This document shows, piece by piece, positions 36,801 to 47,677 of a DNA stretch of 64,000 nucleotides. The notes under the pieces are model-generated. The model was given only the letters and a program-made list of their open reading frames with translations. It did not search any database and was not told the DNA's origin. The position numbers and the translations under genes are program-made. Where the stretch lies: positions 310,001 through 374,000 of the forward strand of contig NW_026782173.1 in the NCBI RefSeq assembly GCF_031769215.1. The letters run 5' to 3'. The stretch comes from Ylistrum balloti (taxonomy: Eukaryota). How positions within the stretch are numbered: position 1 is the first letter of the stretch; every line of letters begins with the position of its first letter.

Positions 36801-39800
36801 CGTATATATGTATATGACATCCAGATCCAATATGCATCACACATTCCTCCCTCTTCCTCATTTCTTCACATGTGAGATTCCTCTGTCTCTCGCTTAGCTA
36901 GCCTAACTTTAAGAACAATAATGAAAATAAAAGATTGATGTAAACGTTTGTTTTTCCCTTGGGAAATACATTGTGCATGTATATCTACTGTAGAACATGT
37001 ATTGAAAGAAATTAAGTTCACATCCATCTAACTGATCTATACCCCTTTGTTGGACCCCAGAGCCCCTATGTCTGCACTGTGACGTCAGCGTATTGAAATT
37101 GATTTCGTCCATCTTGTTTACTCTTGCTGCAATTGGCAGGCTTCTGCTGGCTTCACGAATAAAGGAAGTTCCTGGATGTTAGAGAAGAACTGATGCTGAT
37201 GACAGAATAAGTAATAGACCGACTGTCATTTCATCTTCTTGACGCTAAAATGGCGCCATTTTTGTATCCATGCCGTGAACACAATTGGCCGATGTGTTAT
37301 AATATTGCGGTACTAAGTATGACCAAATATTTAGATTGACATACGATAACAGGATCCTTTAGTGTCGATTCATCAGAAACTCCCGCCACACAATGGCATT
37401 GATTAGAGACACGAACATGTTCTAAAAGCTTTAGCATAGTCGTTCTGACAGATCTAAAATAACATTACAGTACCTTCATACAAAAGTACATCGCTACTTC
37501 AATATTTCCTTTGACAAATTGTCAGGACAAAGTGTATATATAAAACGGTGGCTTAATTTAACATTTGATCACAAAAATGTTTCTGTTGTCTAGAAGATGA
37601 GTCGATTGCTGCTAAAATGGAGACAGCGAAGATAACGCAAAGCGATGATTAATTCAAGCTGTATTCAAACCGCAGATGATAGCATGGTAACCAGATGGAA
37701 TCATCACCAAGGCCTACAATAAGTCATGCTGCAGATTAATGTTCCCTCTATTATTTCATTATATGATCAATACATATTTTGAGCCAATCTGCTTACGAAA
37801 TGCTCCGTCTTTAATTCTTAACGAACAATATCAAAGGCTATGACAATGATAAACGTCCTGGCGCTTTTAAAATGGCACGCACTCTGCCACTGATCCGGGC
37901 AAAAAGCTGGTCCATGGATCATGATACATTCTCATTAAACTTCAGTGTTTGCTAGCCATTCACATAAGACGTCCCGGTTCATGACGGAATCCGTGATTGG
38001 CTTAGTTAAATCTTAACACCGTCACAAAATCCTGTTTTGTTGACAAATTTGGTCTCGTTGACTTCTTGAGACGAACAAATAACTCAAGTTTAGGCAAACG
38101 TTTACTAACAAAATATCAACGACATTTCCTGCATACGTGTGCATGCGTCAAATTCACTCCGTAACCTTTCCAAACCTTTTAAGTCTTGATTTATTTTAAC
38201 TTTGCATTTTATTTGTGTTAAATCTGTGATGTGTATATATCAGGTAATGCTGCAGTGCCCCAATAGGATGTCGTTATTATCCGAATTAGGAATCGCAATG
38301 ATGTATTTGATAAAAAATGAAACGTGTATTGACCAGGGTTGGATCCCTGAGGTAGCGCTAAGAACAAACTATGGTGAATAAATCAGTCTTTAATGTTAGC
38401 AACGTTGTGTGATTTTCTTGACAGAAATTGTTTTCTTAATTTGTTGATCCAGCTCTAGCATAAATGCTTTCGAACTGATGTTTAATATGAGGGCATTTTC
38501 TTTACTTCACCTGATATCACCCATTTATCTTAAGCATGTAATGATATCACTAACTCTTTGTGTAGTAGAATCACCAACCCATCGTTATAATTAGAATATA
38601 AAGTGTTCCTGCACCTGGTTTAAGACCTAACTTAAATTCCTGTCTGGTTCGCATCTTTCTTTACAGGAATATGGATTGTATCTACAAATCTAATTGTTAT
38701 GCCTCTGGATAAACGATTTCAAGAGTACCACAAAATATGGACATACAGGCAATATACTCAATTGCCTTGTCATAGATTATCTACATCAAAATTGGACAAT
38801 TTCATAAAATAAACAACAATAATCTGTCTACCATCGGAGTTTGCTTGTATATCATCATGGCGGAAATAAAACAGACTATCGTGAAGGGAATACAGTTGGA
38901 TCGGATTTATCTCTGGGTGTCATATGATGTTACAAGTGTCATTTATATAGAAACATGTCCATGACATTGATCGGCTAGCTTTTAACCACGCCGAAAAACA
39001 TGTTTCCAATCTGTAGAAATGGCTACATGTATTATCTTCCAACTGGAAAAAAATTGATCGTTTCATCCTAGTTGTGTAGCTGACTTCCGACAGAAACAGT
39101 GAAATAGGTCCGTCATCCTGTCCAACCCAGACAACATCAAATAAAATGCCAAATTGTAGTTTAACAAAGTTTTAACAACATCTCAGGCATAACTTTCATT
39201 ATTTAAACAAAGTGAAAATTTACATAAAAATGTTTACTGACATATAACTACATTAATATTTAGAATGTTTTCGTCTAACACAATAAATTAATACCAGTGC
39301 TGATATTTCCTGTCGATAACTTCTGTTAGTAAATCAGTTCTGTTATTGCCAAACTTTCATTAATTTTGTCGTATATTAAAATAATTATTTTCAGTAATTG
39401 CTGGTGTGTGCATATCAAACGATATCAGTCATCGGATGCACACTATATTTACTATCATATAAAATATTAGTCCTTATTTGGCTAATGTTGGATGAAGTGT
39501 ACTTTAAGATAAGGAATACATTTTGATCTAGGTCGTTTTGACACTTATCCTGACCTTTATACTGAGAGACAATTATAAAAAGCAAGCATTTAAATGATGT
39601 CAGTTCCAAGACTGACGTTGGCGGACTTCAAAAGTAAATTATATCTTTTAGTTGACTGATTTCGTTTAATATAAGCATGAATGTTCGGGTAATAATAAAT
39701 ACAGGTTCATACAAGAGAAAAAACTCCAGAAATATTATAGATTTATTGTAAACCCCTTATGATATTCACGTATATATTACTTGATATTCATTTTTTTTTA

Positions 39801-42800
39801 TTTTTCAAAATTTCATAAAGCCATTGTGTATTAATATGTACACAATGTATTTGGTAACCAGTGGAGAAGCGCTATGCCAAGAAAGGATATGTAAGACGTA
39901 TTATGTATAAGAGTTTGTATGTTTGTAACAGGATTGATGAATATACCGGTGCAGAATCAACTGATGCCCCATGTTTATATAGGAAATGTTCTCTATCGTG
40001 ATCTGGCTGTAAATGATGACATAGATGTAATGGTGTTTTTGTCAATATGACCCATTTACAAACTAATTTGTAATTCAAATGAGGACAGGAAATGTTGTGT
40101 GGATCACGTTCACGCTAATTTCTTTTAACCAACAAACATATAGTAGTTTAAATAGTGTCGGTGCATGTTATGTAAGCCTGTGTTTACAAGGCACGTTCAA
40201 TATTACACCTCATTAGTCAAATTGATGTAAAAACTAATCCAAATGGAGATGTTTTTTACAACATAATATGTTATCTACTTTAGAGATGATAAACCAACGA
40301 AGCATCTAAATGCCCAGGGTGGGGGATGAGGGAGGGAGGAGGGGAGGATAATGATCGAGCGGTTATTGATTAATTACATTGATCCAGCACTAGCGAAAGC
40401 ATGAAAACCTCGGCGTTTAACTTACATCATAGAGATAGCCAATCACGCACGAACAGAAGATCAGATTTATGAATAAAAAATGAATACAAGATACATATCT
40501 GTGCCAGGAAGCAGTGCCGTGTGTGACAGCAGCGGAAATTTAACGATGCGCATGCGTGAAATCTGATATAACAAGTCCTTTAATACCATCTATCGTTGTA
40601 GAATGAGCTTCTTAGATTAGTGAGAAGCAGTAGAAAACAGTTATTATCACCTTAATGTGTTTCAGTACATGCGTTCGAACATAGAAAGTTTCTGAGATAG
40701 CAATTAACGTTTTAAATTAATCGTTAGCTGCCTGCTCAATACGAAAGTCTCCTACACAAAATACACGGCGAATGTATCGAAATGGCGATGCGTCATCAGA
40801 AAATGGACACTAATACTATAACGATGGTCCTTTAGTTAGCCTCGTAAATTCAGGCGAAGGGATACTTAAAGTTTGTTTCCTTATCGCTATTGATACGAAT
40901 GTATCATCATTTCCAATTTTTTACGCGAGGCAATTTGTGATTTAATGACAATAATTGTTACCAGTGATGATTGTAACATGTCATCGAAAGCGGTAGCATG
41001 ATGCGCCATCCAGTCACATGGCTCGAAGAATGGTTCACAAGAGAAAACTAGGTAGACAACGACGAAAGTTAGGAGTAGATAGATAGGATAATGGACTTGC
41101 AAAATTGATTACGGGAACAATCTGCCATTTATGATTTTGCTGTTTTTAAATGGTCTACAAAGTTTACTTTGTTATATTTGACGATATGTTTTAATTTAAA
41201 AAAGGTGTAATTACTCAAATTTCTCATTTGAGAACGTGGCATTATTTACTTCTATTGACCAAGGTTGTCGTCGATGAAGCAGAAGAAGCTTACTTTTCCG
41301 GAACAGGTCTTATTCTCCTTGTACTTATTTCAGGAGTCTCCGTGTAAATCTTTCTTTCATTTATATTTTGGCCCAGTTTTATTGAATTTGGGTTTGAATT
41401 ATGATTATATTGCAATGTTGGTATTTTCTTGATTTTTTTTCATTGTGCAATTGTTCTGCATAGTTCTAACGCATGTTACAAAAACATACCGAATTGATGT
41501 GATATCGATGATACAACACAACAATAATATATCACTGGATTAGCTACGATATTTTATTCTGTTAAAGTGACTTAGTCAAAGTGGTCAGAACGTCAGGGCC
41601 TAAAGCAGGGCAGGCAATGCACAATCTGATAGAGGCATTGATTCAGTAAATGTCTAGTGGCAGAGGTGGTCTGTTTGCTGTCTATGTTTCCCGGGCATTA
41701 GCTTGGCACGGCCGTTGCGAACGGTACTAAACAGAAAGTACATGTACAAGTACTGCTTCAAGACACTGAAGAAATAGTCTAATCAATAAGCAAAATGATT
41801 TATGCATAACGACTTTTTTTCGTTAACGGAGCGCTATTTATAGCGTTATTGCTGCAGATTTATTCTGGGTTTTGAGTTTTTTTCCCGGCTTTGATTTATC
41901 CATAGTTCCTGACTCTAAAACACAGATGACACCTCACCTTATACTACTATGGTATGTTGTCGAAAGCCCCATCATTGACTCGAGAAGTATTGAAGGGATA
42001 ATTATACACATTAAAAAAGGCCGCAATTCACATTCAAATCAACGCAACCAATTGAGAAATATGTAAAAACAATAAATATAAGACAAAACTTATATGTTTA
42101 TGACTGATCGAAGTCTATATGTAAATCTAGAGACTTTTAAAGTAAACGCATAGTTCTTTAAATATAGACAATCTCAATAGATATATAAATAAGTATCGAA
42201 AACGGGGACCTGTATAATACATAGGAGATAGAGGCATAATTCTCTAGAAACCATGACCTGCAGTCAACAGGAATAATGCTATCAAGAAATGGAAAATCAG
42301 CAATAGGAAAACTGATATGTGGATCATGTATATTAGTGGTAATTCGTCCCTGTCGGTCACGTTGTATGTAAATATCAGGGTTAAATGGCTGTTGTAGTAG
42401 AAAAAATTGTGTCCTTGATTTAAGTACTGTAGGTAGGAAGGATGAACAAGTTTGATTCTTACTTACAAACACCACATCATCATATTTAAAATGTAGAACA
42501 TTCTTGATATTCTGTTTTTCAAAATAAAAGTCGGTAAAATATGTGTCCTTGGTTATAACGACATGACGTAGGAAAGCCTAGTCAACAAGAAAGCTTAACA
42601 TAGAATTTCATAAATCTTGTGACTTCATCGTCAGCAAATTTCTTTATGAAATATTGGTGTTCTCACAAATATACCTTAGAGTAGCTAGACGTAATGAACA
42701 TAAATTCGAGTATATTAATTTCCATTCGCTTTCCTAGAACAGAACATTTTCAAAACGAAATGAAAGTATCTTCAGTTTCTATTCGTCTATGGCAGTGTGC

Positions 42801-45800
42801 TGTTTGAAAAATAAGAAAAATCTTCAGATAAAAATATTTTCGGAACGGATGATGTTCAAAACTTTTCAAAAGACAGGTTCTGCTAAATAAACGTAAGAAA
42901 ACATTCAAGATAGCTTCGTAATTGAGCTGTTAGCTTTACCACTGAAGAAGATACAGGCGAGACCTTATGCAGTTTGTACATGACCCGTATGACCGGTCAG
43001 TGAACGAAGTATTGAGGAGAGCTGTCAGCAGTATGCTTCTTGTTTGCTTATTGCTATATTCCATTAACACCTATCTATCAGAAGACTTATTTTACGAAAT
43101 CTTTTGACCATTAAGAACTACAAGGTAGGGGAGATTTTCTTCCTTTGTGTATACCTTTGTGATATGAGCAGTTTGGACATTACAACAGACGCCTGTAGCG
43201 GTCCATTCAACTAGTAATTCACATTGGTTTATAGGAACACTAAACACGCCGACCAAAACACAAAGATAGTCGTTTAAGATACGAAAATTTACATCGGCTA
43301 GCTCCGGGCACTACATCTGGGCGCGAGAATCGATTTCACGATAGGACTATATGACACAGTGGTCAATATGATAAAGTGTATGTTACATCAGAGGCAACGC
43401 TATAGCGGGTATGTGATTATAGACGTTTCCACTCAAGACCAACTCTAAATTGCAATTTCGATTTGTCGCAACCCTTACGGCGTTTTAGGAGATTGGGTGG
43501 TGACGATCTATTTTAATGTTTGCAATGATATAAACACACGGTGTCTTATTTATTTGACAGGAATTGGCAGAATTGTTCATTCTGACATGATTCAATAACT
43601 CCGTCATTGACGGAGACTTAGGTTAATTGTAAGGTACGCCACATACGGATTCAACAATTGATTTACAACGATTTAAATAAAGCATCGACTACAGCCCCCG
43701 CCCCTCGCCACCGAACCTCGCCCCCGACCCTCGCCCCCGCCCATCCCCCGCCCCTTCCCCTGCCTCTATCCAACTTTATGTACTTGTTTGATAAAGCTGA
43801 TATTTTGTCTAAAATAATAAAATATACAGTAGATAACTGTTGACGCCTGTGCTGACGCCTGTGCTGGATCTCTTGACATATAGCGGATATAATTTGAACT
43901 CGTTTCACAAGGTGATGTTGCTATTGATGCAGGCGACCACCGCCAATCTTCAACTGTCTCCAAATTACAAAAATGGACCTCTGATATTTTCTACTGCCAA
44001 ACAGATTCCTACGGTTTTTCTGCTAGCATCCTCGACAAATTATTGATTTCCTATGTAATACATTCGGCACTTTGTGATTCTTCTTGTTCCTCATATTTAC
44101 AAAGATTGGAATTTCTACTGACTGACAAATGATACATTTTCATGTATAAGTCATTAAGATGTATCTACTGGCATAAACTATTTTTAAAAAGATGACAGAA
44201 ACTTAAATCACACTCAACGTGTGCGTGTATTGGGCTTCACCCAAAAGTTATTTAATAAGCCCATCTATTAAAATGATGTAATGCATCTTAAATACGTCTG
44301 ACAGTTAACTGTAATAATTCTACCGATATATTGTCAAACATCCAGCAATATATTCAAATAAGTCTTCATAAAATAATTACGATGCGTCTAACAATATACT
44401 GTAAATGTAACACGTCGTACGGTAAACATTAACACGTCTAAAAAGTACTGCTATACGTCTAACAATATACTGTAAATGTAACACGTCGTACGGTAAACAT
44501 TAACACGTCTAAAAAGTACTGCTATACGTCTAACAATATACTGTAAATGTAACACGTCGTACGGTAAACATTAACACGTCTAAAAAGTACTGCTATACGT
44601 CTAACAATATACTGTAAATATAACACGTCGTACGGTAAACATTAACACGTCTAAAAAGTACTGCTATACGTCTAACAATATACTGTAAATGTAACACGTC
44701 GTACGGTAAACATTAACACGTCTAAAAAGTACTGCTATACGTCTAACAATATACTGTAAATGTAACACGTCGTACGGTAAACATTAACACGTCTAAAAAG
44801 TACTGCTATACGTCTAACAATATACTGTAAATGTAACACGTCGTACGGTAAACATTAACACGTCTAAAAAGTACTGCTATACGTCTAACAATATACTGTA
44901 AATGTAACACGTCGTACGGTAAACATTAACACGTCTAAAAAGTACTGCTATACGTCTAACAATATACTGTAAATGTAACACGTCGTACGGTAAACATTAA
45001 CACGTCTAAAAAGTACTGCTATACGTCTAACAATATACTGTAAATGTAACACGTCGTACGGTAAACATTAACACGTCTAAAAAGTACTGCTATACGTCTA
45101 ACAATATACTGTAAATGTAACACGTCGTACGGTAAACATTAACACGTCTAAAAAGTACTGCTATACGTCTAACAATATACTGTAAATATAACACGTCGTA
45201 CGGTAAACATTAACACGTCTAAAAAGTACTGCTATACGTCTAACAATATACTGTAAATATAACACGTCGTACGGTAAACATTAACACGTCTAAAAAGTAC
45301 TGCTATACGTCTAACAATATACTGTAAATGTAACACGTCGTACGGTAAACATTAACACGTCTAAAAAGTACTGCTATACGTCTAACAATATACTGTAAAT
45401 ATAACACGTCGTACGGTAAACATTAACACGTCTAAAAAGTACTGCTATACGTCTAACAATATACTGTAAATGTAACACGTCGTACGGTAAACATTAACAC
45501 GTCTAAAAAGTACTGCTATACGTCTAACAATATACTGTAAATATAACACGTCGTACGGTAAACATTAACACGTCTAAAAAGTACTGCTATACGTCTAACA
45601 ATATACTGTAAATGTAACACGTCGTACGGTAAACATTAACACGTCTAAAAAGTACTGCTATACGTCTAACAATATACTGTAAATGTAACACGTCGTACGG
45701 TAAACATTAACACGTCTAAAAAGTACTGCTATACGTCTAACAATATACTGTAAATGTAACACGTCGTACGGTAAACATTAACACGTCTAAAAAGTACTGC

Positions 45801-47677
45801 TATACGTCTAACAATATACTGTAAATGTAACACGTCGTACGGTAAACATTAACACGTCTAAGAAGTACTGCTATACGTCTCACAATATACTGTAACATGT
45901 CTATCAATATACTGTAACATGTCTACCAATTTACCGTAACATGTCTACCAATATACTGTAACATGTCTACCAATATACTGTAACACGTCTATCAATATAC
46001 TGTTGTATGTCTACCAATATACTGTAAAACGTCTACCAATATACTGTAAAACGTCTACCAATGTACCATAACATGTCTACCAATATACTCTAACATGTCT
46101 ACCAATATACTGTTGTATGCCTACCAATATACTGTAACATGTCTACCAATATACCATAACATGTCTACCAATATACTGTAACATGTTTACCAATATACTG
46201 TAACACGTATACCATAACATGTCTACCAATATACTGTAACATGTCTACCAATATACCATAACATGTCTACCAATATACTGTAACATGTTTACCAATATAC
46301 TGTAACACGTCTACCAATATACTGTAACATGTCTACCAATATACTGTGACATGTCTACCAATATACTGTAACATGTTTACCAATATACCATAACATGTCT
46401 ATCAATATACTGTAACATGTCTACCAATGTACTGTAAAACGTCTACCAATATACTGTAACATGTCTACCAATATACTGTAACACGTCTACCAATGTACTG
46501 TAACATTTCTACCAATGTACCATAACATGTCTACCAATATACTGTAACATGTCTACCAATATACTGTAAAACGTCTACCAATATACTGTAACATGTCTAC
46601 CAATATACTGTAATATGTCTACCAATATACTGTTAAACGTCTACCAATATACTGTAACACGTCTTCCAATATACTATAACACGTCTACCAATATACCATA
46701 ACATGTCTACCAATATACTGTAACATGTCTACCAATATACTGTAACATGTCTACCAATATACTGTAACATGTCTACCAATATACTGTAAAACGTCTACCA
46801 ATATACTGTAACATGTCTACCAATATACCATAACATGTCTACCAATATACTGTAACATGTCTACCAATATACTGTAACATGTCTACCAATGTACCATAAC
46901 ACGTCTACCAATGTACCATAACATGTCTACCAATATACTGTAAAACGTCTACCAATATACTGTAACATGTCTACCAATATACTGTAACATGTCTACCAAT
47001 ATACTGTAACACGTCTACCAATATACTGTAACATGTCTACCAATGTACCGTAACATGTCTACCAATATACTGTAACATGTCTACCAATATACTGTTAAAC
47101 GTCTACCAATATACTGTACCATGTCTACCAATATACTGTAACATGTCTACCAATGTACCATAACATGTCTACCAATATACTGTAACATGTCTACCAATAT
47201 ACTGTAACATGTCTACCAATATACTGTAACATGTCCACCAATATACTGTAACATGTCTATCAATATACTGTAACATGTCTACCAATATACTAAAACATGT
47301 CTACCAATATACTGTTACACTGTCCACCGATATACTTTATCATAACTGTTTTGAAACCTATTTCCGTTACTGGTCAATTTCTCTAATTTTTTTTTTGTTT
47401 GTGTGAATATTTCAACAATTACGTCGTTTAATATTGGTAGTTTTGAAAGGAGGGACTTAGTTAGTAAGGACATAATTTCACAATCTTCATATTTAAAAAG
47501 TCATGAATTATACGTTTAATGCACTCACCTGGAATTTCGACAGATGGACGTTTACCCCCTGGTGAAGAGGGTTCCGACATGCGACCCCCTGATGACAAAG
47601 CTTCTTCGGAAGACCCTCGGTCTATTCGGCGAGGAGATGAGCCATGGGGAGGCACCGTGAAGGGAATTTGCTTCATA
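12749..47677 (-). CDS. SYT15: Synaptotagmin-15-like tandem C2 protein, 5' end unresolved; complement join(47529..47677,[32996..33073],27562..27772,23794..23887,22998..23168,21673..21784,19217..19399,12749..12873)
   Basis: GT-AG exons with chaining phases give IPFTVPP...LGSIDPSLYK...GRVWFAVEYERETEKLLV...[24 protein letters not shown]...VIWRDLE...GELLVSLSYNNHLERLTV...LGRVILGSFMFARGKELDHWNEM...WHAL*. This parallels SYT15 as I recall it (PFVVPP, YLLPDERRFLQSK, VIWRDLE, RGRELEHWDEM). Confidence 0.9.
13450..13800 (-). mobile_element. Possible highly decayed LINE AP-endonuclease fragment
   Basis: Frame-hopping peptides SLILHGSLVRLINGTADMKYLTSISN, FDVIQTNAF and SWGSPLY loosely resemble an APE N-terminus. 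There are many stops. Confidence 0.3.
17283..17410 (+). repeat. Dispersed repeat family (CTTCCGGAACACCTGG core), copy 1 of 5
   Basis: TTGACCAATATTTACATGCCGGGTGTTGTCGATAAAGCG...CCCTTCCGGAACACCTGGTC. Homologous to 22617, 31872, 41254 and 58045. Confidence 0.7.
19217..19399 (-). CDS. SYT15: SYT15-like exon (middle of C2B)
   Basis: Acceptor tttttttcag|, peptide DFFVKVCLHVQNRVVKSKKTEVVKKSDCPNFSESFTFKLPVANLDAASLNITAVQHISGHK, donor G|gtcagt. Confidence 0.94.
21673..21784 (-). CDS. SYT15: SYT15-like exon (start of C2B; absent from the ORF track)
   Basis: Acceptor catttacag|, peptide TVTNKGELLVSLSYNNHLERLTVGVFEGRALKSEGAN, donor G|gtagga. Confidence 0.93.
22617..22810 (+). repeat. Dispersed repeat family, copy 2 of 5
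   Basis: ACCAAGATTTACATGGCGGGTGTCGTCGAAGAAGCAGAAGACGATTACACTTTCGGAACACCTGGTCTTATTC...TATGATCATGTTGACATGT. Confidence 0.75.
22998..23168 (-). CDS. SYT15: SYT15-like exon (end of C2A)
   Basis: Acceptor tttttgcag|, peptide VSTRSLQDRVLKFTVYDVDRHKRHNVIGHALYPLKEHDGESNERLVIWRDLEREVTE, donor GAG|gtatgg. Confidence 0.94.
23794..23887 (-). CDS. SYT15: SYT15-like exon (middle of C2A; absent from the ORF track)
   Basis: Acceptor gttttgcag|, peptide [31 protein letters not shown], donor CAA|gtaagc. Confidence 0.94.
27562..27772 (-). CDS. SYT15: SYT15-like exon (linker and start of C2A; absent from the ORF track in this frame)
   Basis: Acceptor tttcttccag|, peptide AYALGSIDPSLYKIVDEDDDYEIPPEHIGRVWFAVEYERETEKLLVTLIKSKNLPTRQYGNNSSCDPFV, donor AG|gtaggt. 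Confidence 0.94.
31872..32060 (+). repeat. Dispersed repeat family, copy 3 of 5
   Basis: TTGACCAAGATTTACATTGCGAGTGTAGCCGATGAAACAGAAGACGCTTAACCTTCC...TATGACTCTGTTGACATGT. Confidence 0.7.
32996..33073 (-). CDS. SYT15: Probable 78-nt in-frame (phase 1-1) SYT15-like linker exon
   Basis: Acceptor tttaatttactaag|, peptide DKEEKKSGPNKTFDLSDALDSNMFDT, strong donor A|gtgagt. It has no stops and fits the phase-1 intron between 47529 and 27772. Confidence 0.6.
34510..35080 (-). mobile_element. Decayed Penelope-like reverse transcriptase core
   Basis: YGGKIFQQT*AICMETNQAPLLTDLVLLSYEDEFIE, then RYIDDILSLTYKKFIDHVHPIYSQELEIKDT...YLDL and SNIPAFQTYGV. Contains the RT YIDD motif. Confidence 0.8.
36200..36290 (+). 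mobile_element. Short LINE RT-like fragment
   Basis: ITAGVVQGSTSSPLTL resembles the GVxQGxxLSP motif. Nothing else is recognisable. Confidence 0.3.
41254..41440 (+). repeat. Dispersed repeat family, copy 4 of 5
   Basis: TTGACCAAGGTTGTCGTCGATGAAGCAGAAGAAGCTTACTTTTCCGGAACAGGTCTTATTC...GGAGTCTCCGTGTAA. Confidence 0.7.
42200..42400 (-). mobile_element. Penelope-like RT C-terminal fragment
   Basis: DIYIQRDRQGRITTNIHDPHISFPIADFPFLDSIIP resembles the LDL..D..GRL.T..YD..DF.FPIVNFPFL.SNIP segment, also seen at 7.3 kb and 34.6 kb. Confidence 0.6.
44385..45875. repeat. 71-bp tandem repeat, 21 near-identical copies
   Basis: Unit CGTCTAACAATATACTGTAAATGTAACACGTCGTACGGTAAACATTAACACGTCTAAAAAGTACTGCTATA. 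Unit starts at 44385, 44456 and onward; (45876-44385)/71 = 21. Confidence 0.97.
45876..47337. repeat. 22-bp minisatellite, roughly 65 variant copies
   Basis: Consensus CATGTCTACCAATATACTGTAA, with variants such as CACG/AACG, ACCATAA and ATGTAC. Confidence 0.96.
47529..47677 (-). CDS. SYT15: SYT15-like exon (N-terminal linker)
   Basis: Acceptor ccttccttgcag|, peptide MKQIPFTVPPHGSSPRRIDRGSSEEALSSGGRMSEPSSPGGKRPSVEIP, donor G|gtgagt. Phase 1 matches 27772. Confidence 0.85.

Noticed and set aside
39875-40060. + strand two-exon fragment around a 41-nt gtaaga...taacag intron
   Set aside because: The intron is implausibly short and the peptides are unrecognisable.
43663-44046. Pro-rich or Gly-rich ORFs
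   Set aside because: They are translations of the C-rich tract and are low-complexity artefacts.
44385-47337. CRISPR-like array
   Set aside because: The units are contiguous with no unique spacers, there are no cas genes, and the context is a eukaryotic intron.
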